A stretch of DNA of 64,000 bases from Escherichia coli (lineage in GTDB: Bacteria; Pseudomonadota; Gammaproteobacteria; Enterobacterales; Enterobacteriaceae). This document shows, piece after piece, positions 55,298 to 64,000 of the stretch. Where the stretch lies: assembly GCF_048403405.1 (NCBI RefSeq), contig NZ_CP183129.1; one strand, 5' to 3'. The position numbers and the translations under genes were made by a program. The stretch's first letter is position 1, and every line of letters begins with the position of its first letter. A model generated the notes under the pieces. The model searched no databases. It was not told the DNA's origin and was given only the letters and a program-made list of their open reading frames with translations.

Positions 55298-56680
55298 TCA
55301 ACCTGCCACACTCCCCCACACCAGTTGCCCTTTATGGAACGTCGCCGTTCTCGGCGAGATACGCGCCACCGCCTCGGCGGAACAGGAGGCGTCCACCAGC
55401 ACAAAGCTGGCGTCATCCTGCGCTTTGGGCCAGACGCGCTCGCCTTTTTCATTGAGCGGCAATACATCGCCAGTGGCTAAAAACAGCGAACGGGAGAGGT
55501 TCTGTTCGTTAGGGCGAATATAGAGCTGCGCGTACAGATTGGCTTTTTCCAGCATGTCGCCCAGGCCGTAAGGCGACCAGTGGTCGATAACGCTGTCGGT
55601 GCCAGTCATCACTTTTACGCCTTTGTCGTGCAACTGTTTGAGCGGCATATGCAACGTGCCAATCGGCACCGTCGAGGCGATAGAAATTTGCTGCGCCGCC
55701 ATCCGGTGCGCCAGTTCATCTACCTGTTGCTCATTGAGCGTTGCCAGCGCAAAGGCGTGGCTGATGGTCAGCTTGCCCTTCAGTTGCGGCGTTTTCTCTA
55801 CCGTTTCAACCATATAATTGATGGCTGCCACGCCTGCCGGAGTGGTTTCGTGCAGGTGAATATCGACGCCTTTGTCGTAGTCCAGCGCAATCTGGAACAT
55901 GGTGTCGAGGGATTTTTCCATCGCGCCATCAACACTGGTTGGGTCCAGCCCGCCGACGTAATGCGCCCCTGCCTGCATCGCTTCGCGCATTAAGGGTTCC
56001 GATTTCGACAGCAGCAAACCGTGCTGCGGGAAGGCGACAATTTCACACTCGAAGCCCGCCTGACGTCGCGCCAGCACCGCCTGCAAATTTTGCAGATTTT
56101 TCAGGCCGGAAACCGGTTCGATATTGCAGTGGCTGCGGGCAATGGTAGTGCCTTTCGACTGCAATAAATCGATCAGTTTTTCCGCTCGTTCCTGCGAGTA
56201 CGGTTGCAGCTCCGGCAGCATTTTCTGCTCGAGTTTGATCATGTCCTGGATGGTGGTGCCTGCCGGACGATTGAGCGAGCGCCACGGCCCGCCGTAAAAG
56301 GTTTTGTCGAGATGAATATGCATGTCGCGGGTAGTGGGCAGCATCAGCTTACCGCCAGCGTCATAGTGCGGCAGCGTGGCGTCCGGATGCTGCTTGTTCT
56401 CGCGCAGGGCAACAATTTTGCCGTTCTGAATCTCTACGGTCTGGTGCGCCGTGCGGGTCTGTACTGCCACACCGTTTTCGTAGTCAAAACCGGTTTCCAG
56501 CAGCACGTTGTCGAGATAGTAGTGCGGGTCAGTGATTTTCATGGTGTTATTCGCGTCGCAATGGATTGTGCCAGAGACTGCCGCATGGGCGAGCGGCACA
56601 GAGGTACCAAACAGCGCGGCGGCGGTGACCATCTTACCGCTCTGGCTCAGAAACTCACGGCGGCTATTGCTTTCTTTCAT
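55298..56680 (-). CDS. yahJ: Tat-exported amidohydrolase-family deaminase/hydrolase YahJ
   Basis: 460-aa ORF; N-terminal twin-arginine signal (SRREFL + hydrophobic region + AHA); metal-dependent amidohydrolase motifs (MHIHLD). Confidence 0.88.
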   Translation of the reverse strand: MKESNSRREFLSQSGKMVTAAALFGTSVPLAHAAVSGTIHCDANNTMKITDPHYYLDNVLLETGFDYENGVAVQTRTAHQTVEIQNGKIVALRENKQHPDATLPHYDAGGKLMLPTTRDMHIHLDKTFYGGPWRSLNRPAGTTIQDMIKLEQKMLPELQPYSQERAEKLIDLLQSKGTTIARSHCNIEPVSGLKNLQNLQAVLARRQAGFECEIVAFPQHGLLLSKSEPLMREAMQAGAHYVGGLDPTSVDGAMEKSLDTMFQIALDYDKGVDIHLHETTPAGVAAINYMVETVEKTPQLKGKLTISHAFALATLNEQQVDELAHRMAAQQISIASTVPIGTLHMPLKQLHDKGVKVMTGTDSVIDHWSPYGLGDMLEKANLYAQLYIRPNEQNLSRSLFLATGDVLPLNEKGERVWPKAQDDASFVLVDASCSAEAVARISPRTATFHKGQLVWGSVAG

Positions 56681-56689
56681 CTTACGTCC

Positions 56690-57640
56690 TTACGTTTTAA
56701 TAATATGGGTGCCCGTTTCACCGCGCAGCGCCGCAGGCAGGCATTCCGGCGTGGTGATAATCACTTCTTTGCCGCCCTGTTCCAGGAACGTCAGGCTGGC
56801 GATGATTTTTGGCAACATGCTGCCAGGCGGAAAATGCCCTTCCTGCATATAGCGGGTCATGGTGGCAATATCCACCCGATCCAGCGCCTGCTGCTGCGGT
56901 TTGCCAAAGTGAATACACACTTTTTCGACGCCAGTGGTGATCACCAGAATGTCGGCGTGAATTTCACGGGCCAATAGCGCGGTAGAGAGATCTTTGTCGA
57001 TAACCGCGTCCACGCTTTGGTAATCCCCCGCTTCACTGCACACCACCGGAATTCCGCCACCGCCCGCGCCAATCACCACAAAGCCTTGTTGGATCAGCGC
57101 CTTAATGGCAGGTGCTTCTACAATACGTTGCGGTTCCGGCGAGGCGACCACGCGGCGATAGCCCCGTCCGGCATCTTCAACAAAACGCCAGTCAGGGTTT
57201 GCCTTTTGTAATTCGTCACGCTGGCTTTCACTAAAGAATGCGCCGATGGGCTTGGTGGGATGGGCAAACCCCGGATCGTTTTTATCCACTTCCACCTGAG
57301 TCACCACGGTGACGGCTTTTTTCTCACCGTGACGCGCCAGTCGGTTATTCAGCGCCTGTTGGATCAGATAGCCAATGCCGCCTTGCGTATCCGCCACACA
57401 GTTCGCCAGCGGCGTTAAGGGCAGCCCTTCGCGCTCGTGGGCTATCTCCGCGCGGCGTAAATCCAGACCGACCTGCGGCCCGTTGCCGTGGGTCAGCACA
57501 ATGTCGTAATCGGAAGCCAGCATTTCCAGCACCGTATCGGCCACGGCTTTCACCGCCTCCGCCTGATGCTCAATCGACTGGCTGGCGTTATCTTTGATAA
57601 TGCTGTTGCCACCAATGGCAACGACCACAAGTTCTTTCAT
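56690..57640 (-). CDS. yahI: carbamate kinase-like protein YahI
   Basis: 316 aa from ATG 57640 (MKELVVVAIGGNSI...); amino-acid-kinase fold; ORF-track start 57814 is an extension. Confidence 0.88.
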   Translation of the reverse strand: MKELVVVAIGGNSIIKDNASQSIEHQAEAVKAVADTVLEMLASDYDIVLTHGNGPQVGLDLRRAEIAHEREGLPLTPLANCVADTQGGIGYLIQQALNNRLARHGEKKAVTVVTQVEVDKNDPGFAHPTKPIGAFFSESQRDELQKANPDWRFVEDAGRGYRRVVASPEPQRIVEAPAIKALIQQGFVVIGAGGGGIPVVCSEAGDYQSVDAVIDKDLSTALLAREIHADILVITTGVEKVCIHFGKPQQQALDRVDIATMTRYMQEGHFPPGSMLPKIIASLTFLEQGGKEVIITTPECLPAALRGETGTHIIKT

Positions 57641-57734
57641 GTTGTTATGTCCGCTACAGAGGGTGATGGGGTTATGAGAGTGAGGTTGCCCCTCTCCCCA
57701 GAAGGGAGAAGGGATCGTAAGGTGCGTTTGCAGG

Positions 57735-59153
57735 TCAGACGCCGTAACGTTCGCACCAGCCAAGAATGGCTTTCTCGAAGCAGGCGAATGGTGGATGCAC
57801 AATGCCCGCGCCAATCATGCCGACGCCCGCATCTTTATGGGCGATGGCGGTGTTGATCACCGGCAGAATGCCGCTGCTGCCCACGCGGGTGATGTCGATT
57901 GCCGACGGCACGCCCATAAAACCGAGCAGCGGAATGGTGACGTTGGGGTTTTCACCGAGAGTGATTTCACGCATCTGGCGGGAGAAATCGATAGCCTCTT
58001 CCACCGTGCCGCCCACCAGCGCGACGATCGCGGGCGCGGTCGCCATAGCAAATCCGCCAATGCCGTAGGTTTCGGTGATGGCGCTGTCGCCGATATCCAG
58101 CCCCGAATCTTCCGGCTTATAACCGGCAAACATCGGGCCGATCACCTGCTGCGCCGGACCGGTAAACCATTGCCCCGGTAATCCGCTGACCCGCAGACCG
58201 AACTCGACGCCGTTACGCGCCATCGTGGTCACCACGGTGCTGTATTCGATGCCGTGCGCCGCATCCATCGCCGCTTTACACATCGCCATCCACGTCGGGC
58301 CGGAGAAGTAGTCGCTGCTGGCGACAAACTCAAACACTTCGCGCTGTTGTTCAATGGAATAACCTGCCTGAATAATCCCTGGCGTCAGCGCCTGAATCAG
58401 CAGCGTCGTCCCGGCGTTATTGCGGTTATGGCATTCATCGCCCATATGCAGCGCTTGCGCCAGCATTAAGCGCAGATCGATTTCGCCGATAATTTTCATC
58501 GCGTCGCGCAGCATGGGCCCCTGCACATCGCGCATCCAGTTGAGGCGGTCAATCACGCTCTGGTCGTTAGCGCCCATACGCAAAATCTTCGCCATCTGCT
58601 CGCTCATATTGGTGTAAGCGATGTTGCCGTAGGTTTTGTTTTTTACGATGTGCATAAACATCGAGGCCGAGGTAACACCCGCCATCGATCCCACGCAGTC
58701 ATGTTCGTGGCACGGCGAGAAGGTGATCTCCCCGGAGGCCGCCAGGTCAGCCGCCTCGTCGAGATCTTTCGCCAGCCCTTCGAACACCAGCGCCCCGGTG
58801 ACCGCGCCTTTCATTGCGCCGCACATTTTTTCCCAGGTCACTGGCGGCCCGGCGTGAAGAATGGTTTTCGGCGTCATTCCCGGCACCACGTTAATCGCCT
58901 GATCAAAACCAATCAGCACCGGATGCGACTGGATAATGCGCTCCAGCGCCTGCTGGTTAGCGGCGGCGATTTTGTCTGCCAGCGGCGAATCGGCAATGTT
59001 ATCCAGCGCCTGCACCACCTGCATATTGCCCTGCCCCGGCGGCGTCCAGTCGAGTTGGGTCACTTCTACATGCTGCTTTTTCAGATCATCGCTAAACATG
59101 GCGATGCCGACGTTAATAACGTTCAACGGTTGGCTAAACAGTGACGGGCTCAT
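57735..59153 (-). CDS. yahG: DUF1116-family protein YahG (YlbE paralog)
   Basis: 472-aa ORF; start overlaps yahF stop by 1 nt. Confidence 0.85.
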   Translation of the reverse strand: MSPSLFSQPLNVINVGIAMFSDDLKKQHVEVTQLDWTPPGQGNMQVVQALDNIADSPLADKIAAANQQALERIIQSHPVLIGFDQAINVVPGMTPKTILHAGPPVTWEKMCGAMKGAVTGALVFEGLAKDLDEAADLAASGEITFSPCHEHDCVGSMAGVTSASMFMHIVKNKTYGNIAYTNMSEQMAKILRMGANDQSVIDRLNWMRDVQGPMLRDAMKIIGEIDLRLMLAQALHMGDECHNRNNAGTTLLIQALTPGIIQAGYSIEQQREVFEFVASSDYFSGPTWMAMCKAAMDAAHGIEYSTVVTTMARNGVEFGLRVSGLPGQWFTGPAQQVIGPMFAGYKPEDSGLDIGDSAITETYGIGGFAMATAPAIVALVGGTVEEAIDFSRQMREITLGENPNVTIPLLGFMGVPSAIDITRVGSSGILPVINTAIAHKDAGVGMIGAGIVHPPFACFEKAILGWCERYGV

Positions 59154-60700
59154 CAGGCTTCCTCCCCTTTGCAGATAAATTCACGCGCCAGCAATCCGGT
59201 ATTGGTGCTGCTGCTGGCCAGAATCACTCCGGCATCAAGCAGCATCTGGCTTTGTTGTTCTAATGATGGCGTATCAAGATCGGTACCCAGCACATAGGCG
59301 AGAATGATCAACTCACGTCCTTCGGCAGCGGCGATCGCTTTCGCCTCTTTGATCGCCTCGATGGTGGAACCGACCGGATCTTCATGCGATCCAAACCCGA
59401 GCACAAAATCCATCACGATCACCGCCACTTCTGGATCGCGCGCCTCTTCGATCAAGCGGCTGATACGGTTGGTGGGGTCAATCATTGGATGCGGCTTGCC
59501 GTTGGTGAAGTCGTCATCGCCAAAGTCGAGGAAGGTGTGTTTGATGCTGCGGTTGATATCTTGCAGGCGGAATTCAGGATCGGGCTGAATGTTGCTGTAG
59601 ACATCGCCATGTTTTTCCATCACCGCAAACATGGTTTCGTCACACAGCGTGCCGCCGCAGAACAGGCCACGAATGTATTTCTGCTGCGGTTGCAGACGCG
59701 CACGCACATCCGCAATCAACGGCTGGTTCAGGGTATGCAGATCGAGATGTTCCTGTTTCACGCCGGAGAGCATTACCGCTTTCAGCGCCGCTTCTTTGCT
59801 GCCGCGAGCAAACTGTAGCCCCTGCTCATCCACCGGCGTTTCAACGCGACCGAGGAAGCAGACCACCACCGGCTTGCGGCAGGCACGTGCGCGTTCCAGC
59901 ACTTTACGGGCCACCGCAGGCGCAGGCGGTTTGGAGATAAGCACAATGATTTCAGTTTGCGGATCGTTTTCCAGCATCCCGATGGCGTCGAGCATCATCA
60001 GGCCGCCGATTTTCTCGCTCAGGTCGCGCCCGCCGGTGCCAATCAGTTGCGAAACGCCGCCGCCAAATTCATGAATGCGGACGCTCAGCTCCTGGCTGCC
60101 GGTGCCGGATGCACCAACAATACCGATGTTGCCGCGACGCACGGCGTTACCAAAGCAGAGCGCCGCGCCGTTGATAATCGCCGTACCGCAGTCTGGCCCC
60201 ATCATCAGCAGCCCTTTTTCGTGGGCCAACTGTTTGAGCGCCAGTTCATCTTCAACTGAGACGTTATCGGAAAACAGCATCACGTTAAGATCGTTTTGCA
60301 GCGCCTGACGCGCTTCGCGAGCGGCAAACAGACCGTTGACCGAAATCACCGCCAGGTTACTTTCCGGGATATGCTTTTTGGCGCTGGCAATAGTGGCATA
60401 GCGTGCTTCATGTGAACCAGTTTGAGCTTTGGTGTTGAACAGTTCTTCAATCTCCACCAGCAACTGCTCGTTGTCCGCCCCCGATTTACCATTGATGACA
60501 ATCATCAGGTCGCCGTTTTTCGCCTGTTCCAGCTCCGGCGTCAGCAGTCCTAAATTTTTCAGCACACCTTTGTTCATTTCGGTCGCCATCGCCACAAATG
60601 CCTGCTCGACGCCGTCGAGTTTATTTGCACGCGTGGAGATAGACATCAGCGAGACAGAATCAAAATAGGTATTCGGTTTAATGACTATTTTAACTGACAT
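59153..60700 (-). CDS. yahF: FdrA-like CoA-binding protein YahF (succinyl-CoA-synthetase alpha-like)
   Basis: 515-aa ORF with CoA-binding/ligase-like glycine motifs; overlaps yahE. Confidence 0.85.
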   Translation of the reverse strand: MSVKIVIKPNTYFDSVSLMSISTRANKLDGVEQAFVAMATEMNKGVLKNLGLLTPELEQAKNGDLMIVINGKSGADNEQLLVEIEELFNTKAQTGSHEARYATIASAKKHIPESNLAVISVNGLFAAREARQALQNDLNVMLFSDNVSVEDELALKQLAHEKGLLMMGPDCGTAIINGAALCFGNAVRRGNIGIVGASGTGSQELSVRIHEFGGGVSQLIGTGGRDLSEKIGGLMMLDAIGMLENDPQTEIIVLISKPPAPAVARKVLERARACRKPVVVCFLGRVETPVDEQGLQFARGSKEAALKAVMLSGVKQEHLDLHTLNQPLIADVRARLQPQQKYIRGLFCGGTLCDETMFAVMEKHGDVYSNIQPDPEFRLQDINRSIKHTFLDFGDDDFTNGKPHPMIDPTNRISRLIEEARDPEVAVIVMDFVLGFGSHEDPVGSTIEAIKEAKAIAAAEGRELIILAYVLGTDLDTPSLEQQSQMLLDAGVILASSSTNTGLLAREFICKGEEA

Positions 60701-61553
60701 AATTCCCTCCGTAGGTTTGGCTCAGCGCACAACCATCGGCCATGCCATACAGCATGTCGCAGCCGGAACTGGAGCCAATATGTTTAATTTTTTCTATTGC
60801 CTGAGTTGCGTTCCCAGGGATGTCATAAATAATGTTGTGAATAAAACGATGAATATTTTCCCGGCAGCGTTGTTGTAATGCGGCTTCCAGCGTTATGGCA
60901 CTTAATAACGTGGTATTATTTCTGCCGCGTTGCAGACCGAGATAAAATTCCTCTTTGTATTTTTCCGCCGGATGTCCGGAAATAAATAAAATAAGCGCCA
61001 GACCTGTTAAATAATCGTCGGCTGATGGCGTAAGGCCAATCCCTAAGCCCATCATACTGGCGACTGCTGAGGCGATATTTTGTTTATCGTTTACGGCCTG
61101 AATAACTGCCCGTCGTTTACTATGTAATTCTTTATTTAACGCCTGATAAAACGGATTATCGCCGCAATAATTAAACAGGGTTTCATTTTCCCCCAGGTGC
61201 TGATGAATAATGTCATGCCACTGTTGCCAGGCGATAAGGTGAAAATTCACAGCGGTCATTTGCAAGGTTGGGGACAGCCAACGCCGACAACGACTCATCT
61301 CTATATGAAGATGTTGACCAACCGTAATGCCTTGATCGTCAAACTGAACCTTATCACCATGCCGGAACAGACCATCAAAGTGAGTGAGTGCCAACCGACA
61401 ACTGTTTGGCGCATTGTCGTACTCTTCACAAAGCAGCGTCAGCAACTGCTGGCGGGCCGGAAGTGCGATATTTACCGCTCTGGCAAAGACCTGTTCAACC
61501 TGTCCTTGCCCCCGCTGCGCCAGAAAATCAGCATCCGCAGTTAGCGCCCACAC
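60690..61553 (-). CDS. yahE: DUF2877-family protein YahE (YlbF paralog)
   Basis: 287-aa ORF. Confidence 0.8.
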   Translation of the reverse strand: MWALTADADFLAQRGQGQVEQVFARAVNIALPARQQLLTLLCEEYDNAPNSCRLALTHFDGLFRHGDKVQFDDQGITVGQHLHIEMSRCRRWLSPTLQMTAVNFHLIAWQQWHDIIHQHLGENETLFNYCGDNPFYQALNKELHSKRRAVIQAVNDKQNIASAVASMMGLGIGLTPSADDYLTGLALILFISGHPAEKYKEEFYLGLQRGRNNTTLLSAITLEAALQQRCRENIHRFIHNIIYDIPGNATQAIEKIKHIGSSSGCDMLYGMADGCALSQTYGGNYVS

Positions 61554-61592
61554 ACACCGTCTTTCTGGTGTGTTGATAGCAAGCCTCCCGGT

Positions 61593-62198
61593 TTATGCAC
61601 CTGCGGCAATCAGTAACTGCGCAATCTCTTCAAAGCCTCGTTCCCGCGCCAGTTCCAGCGGCGTTTTGCCATATTTATCCGTCATGTGCGGGCTGGCACC
61701 GTGTTCAAGCAATAACTGGACAATCGCCTGCTGTTTAATCCCGCCATCATTAAGCACAATTGCTTCCAGTAGCGGCGTCCAGCCAACATGGTTGGTCTGG
61801 TTAACGTTAATCTCCGTATGCGCCAAAAGCTCTTTTACAATACTTAAATGGCCTTTTTCACAGGCAGGCGTCAGGCCGACACCGCCAAAACGGGTGACGC
61901 AATTAAGATCAGGTTTAGCCGGTAAAATAATCCGTAACAGGGTTAAATCGCCGGTCAGGCAGCTAATTAAAAAAGGATTTGAACATATTTGATCTTGCTT
62001 ATTAATATCCGCTCCGGCATCAATTAATGCCTGAACGCAAGCATATTGCTGATATAAACTTGCCAGCGTAATTGCCGTTTTCCCCTGACGATCGCAGGTA
62101 TTAATATCGACACCCAGCGCAAGGCAGGTTTTTACTTTATCGATATCACCCTGTTGCGCAGCCAATAAATAGTCGGCAGGTAGATTTTTTATAGTCAT
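61593..62198 (-). CDS. yahD: ankyrin-repeat protein YahD
   Basis: 201-aa ORF with multiple 33-residue ankyrin repeats (G-TPL--A---GH). Confidence 0.85.
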   Translation of the reverse strand: MTIKNLPADYLLAAQQGDIDKVKTCLALGVDINTCDRQGKTAITLASLYQQYACVQALIDAGADINKQDQICSNPFLISCLTGDLTLLRIILPAKPDLNCVTRFGGVGLTPACEKGHLSIVKELLAHTEINVNQTNHVGWTPLLEAIVLNDGGIKQQAIVQLLLEHGASPHMTDKYGKTPLELARERGFEEIAQLLIAAGA

Positions 62199-62455
62199 TC
62201 ACATTCCCCTGGTTTTTGTGGCTGTTTTCGATGAATTGAGAATAGCAACGATAATCTGATAAAAGAACCCGCTTAAATTTAATTCGCCGTATTTCGCCTT
62301 TTTGTTGAATGATGTTCAACAATCTTTTCGCAGTGTGCGGTAGTGCAATATTTGTTTCTTTGACCCGATACCCTTTCACTCAATCAGGTTTTATTTCTCT
62401 ATAGTCTGCACATGTAAGAGTAGCTTTTGTCCATGTCTAACCAGAGGGGAACAAG

Positions 62456-62953
62456 ATGAACGGACTCACGGCAACGGGTGTCACCGTCGGTATTTGTGCA
62501 GGGCTTTGGCAGTTAGTGTCTTCACATGTCGGGCTCTCTCAGGGATGGGAATTATTAGGAACCATTGGCTTCGTCGCCTTTTGCAGTTTTTATGCCGCAG
62601 GCGGCGGTAAATCGGGGTTTATCAGAAGTCTGGCGGTTAATTATTCCGGGATGGTGTGGGCATTTTTCGCCGCGCTGGCTGCCGGTTGGCTGGCCTCGGT
62701 GAGTGGGATTTCTGGGTTCTGGGCGAGCGTGATTACTACCGTGCCTTTCTCAGCGGTAGTGGTCTGGCAAGGACGTTTCGGTTTATTGTCTTTTATTCCC
62801 GGAGGCTTTCTCGGCATGACGCTATTTTTTGCCAGCGGGATGAACTGGACGGTGACATTACTGGGTTTTCTGGCGGGTAACTGCGTGGGGATAATTTCAG
62901 AATATGGCGGACAAAAATTAAGCGAAGCGACGACTAAACGCGACGGGTATTAA
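62456..62953 (+). CDS. yahC: inner-membrane protein YahC (DUF1097)
   Basis: 165-aa ORF with 4-5 TM helices. Confidence 0.8.
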   Translation: MNGLTATGVTVGICAGLWQLVSSHVGLSQGWELLGTIGFVAFCSFYAAGGGKSGFIRSLAVNYSGMVWAFFAALAAGWLASVSGISGFWASVITTVPFSAVVVWQGRFGLLSFIPGGFLGMTLFFASGMNWTVTLLGFLAGNCVGIISEYGGQKLSEATTKRDGY

Positions 62954-63044
62954 AAGTTATTCAAAAATGATTATCTATCTTTAACCGATACCTCTACAGT
63001 CATGGCTGGAGAAATTCATATTCGATAATGGCGGGAATGGTTTA

Positions 63045-63977
63045 ATGAACTCAATTTTTACCGAAGAGAATCTGTTGGCATTTACTACCGCTGCGCGTTT
63101 TGGCAGTTTCAGTAAAGCCGCAGAAGAGTTGGGTTTAACCACTTCCGCCATTAGCTACACCATCAAGCGAATGGAAACAGGGCTGGATGTGGTGCTGTTC
63201 ACTCGCAGTACCCGAAGCATTGAGTTAACGGAGTCCGGGCGTTATTTTTTCCGCAAAGCTACCGACCTGCTGAATGATTTTCACGCCATCAAACGCAGCA
63301 TCGATACTATTTCGCAGGGTATAGAAGCACGGGTGCGCATTTGTATTAACCAACTGCTTTATACGCCCAAACACACCGCACGCTTATTACAGGTACTTAA
63401 AAAGCAGTTTCCAACCTGCCAGATTACCGTGACGACCGAAGTGTATAACGGCGTCTGGGATGCGATTATTAATAATCAGGCGAATATTGCTATCGGCGCA
63501 CCCGACACACTGCTGGACGGCGGCGGCATTGATTACACGGAGATTGGCGCAATTCGCTGGGCTTTTGCTATCGCCCCGGATCACCCATTAGCCTTTGTGC
63601 CGGAGCCGATCGCCGAAAGCCAGCTGCGTCTTTACCCCAATATCATGGTGGAGGACACCGCGCATACGATTAATAAAAAAGTGGGCTGGTTGCTGCATGG
63701 GCAAGAGTCGATTCTGGTGCCAGATTTCAACACCAAATGTCAGTGCCAGATTTTAGGTGAAGGGATTGGTTTTTTGCCGGATTACATGGTCCGTGAGGCG
63801 ATGGCGCAATCCCTGCTGGTTACCCGACAAATCCATAATCCGCGCCAGGATTCACGCATGTTACTCGCAACTCAGCATTCTGCTACGGGTCAGGTGACGC
63901 AGTGGATTAAAAAACAATTTTCGCCAAATGGCATATTAACGGGGATCTATCAGGATTTACTGCATCGGGAGAATTAA
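63045..63977 (+). CDS. yahB: LysR-family transcriptional regulator YahB
   Basis: 310-aa ORF with N-terminal LysR HTH and substrate-binding domain. Confidence 0.85.
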   Translation: MNSIFTEENLLAFTTAARFGSFSKAAEELGLTTSAISYTIKRMETGLDVVLFTRSTRSIELTESGRYFFRKATDLLNDFHAIKRSIDTISQGIEARVRICINQLLYTPKHTARLLQVLKKQFPTCQITVTTEVYNGVWDAIINNQANIAIGAPDTLLDGGGIDYTEIGAIRWAFAIAPDHPLAFVPEPIAESQLRLYPNIMVEDTAHTINKKVGWLLHGQESILVPDFNTKCQCQILGEGIGFLPDYMVREAMAQSLLVTRQIHNPRQDSRMLLATQHSATGQVTQWIKKQFSPNGILTGIYQDLLHREN

Positions 63978-64000
63978 TCGCTGCCAACCTCCCGATGCGC

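Noticed and set aside
56204..56977. 257-aa plus-strand ORF antisense to yahJ/yahI
   Set aside because: Overlaps two confidently called minus-strand genes; no domain features.

Overview
The window is a contiguous piece of Escherichia coli chromosome covering the lac region, in reverse orientation to the K-12 map. Gene order read from the sequence: ampH, yaiV, yaiT, hemB, tauDCBA, yaiS-yaiP-yaiX-yaiO, frmRAB, yaiL, mhpTEFDCBA/mhpR, lacI, lacZYA, cynXST/cynR, codAB, prpEDCB/prpR, yahO, yahN, yahM, yahL, yahK, a four-gene sugar-type ABC transporter plus an ASCH-domain gene, yahJ, yahI, yahG, yahF, yahE, yahD, yahC, yahB. All identifications rest on reading the six-frame translations and recalling the protein families and K-12 gene order from memory; no database search was run. 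The strain is not K-12 MG1655: yaiT and yaiX are intact (no IS3/IS2), and about 5.4 kb between yahJ and yahK is, as far as I recall, absent from K-12. I found no CRISPR array, transposase, integrase, rRNA or canonical tRNA. The three most interesting items are (1) the yahDEFGIJ module with its adjacent transporter, a predicted but uncharacterised carbamoyl-transfer catabolic pathway; (2) the intact yaiSPXO operon, which looks like a cryptic synthase-type exopolysaccharide system; and (3) a degenerate tRNA-like cloverleaf on the minus strand at the yahM start. Several ORF-track starts were moved to internal start codons where the recalled protein N-terminus and a Shine-Dalgarno sequence supported it.
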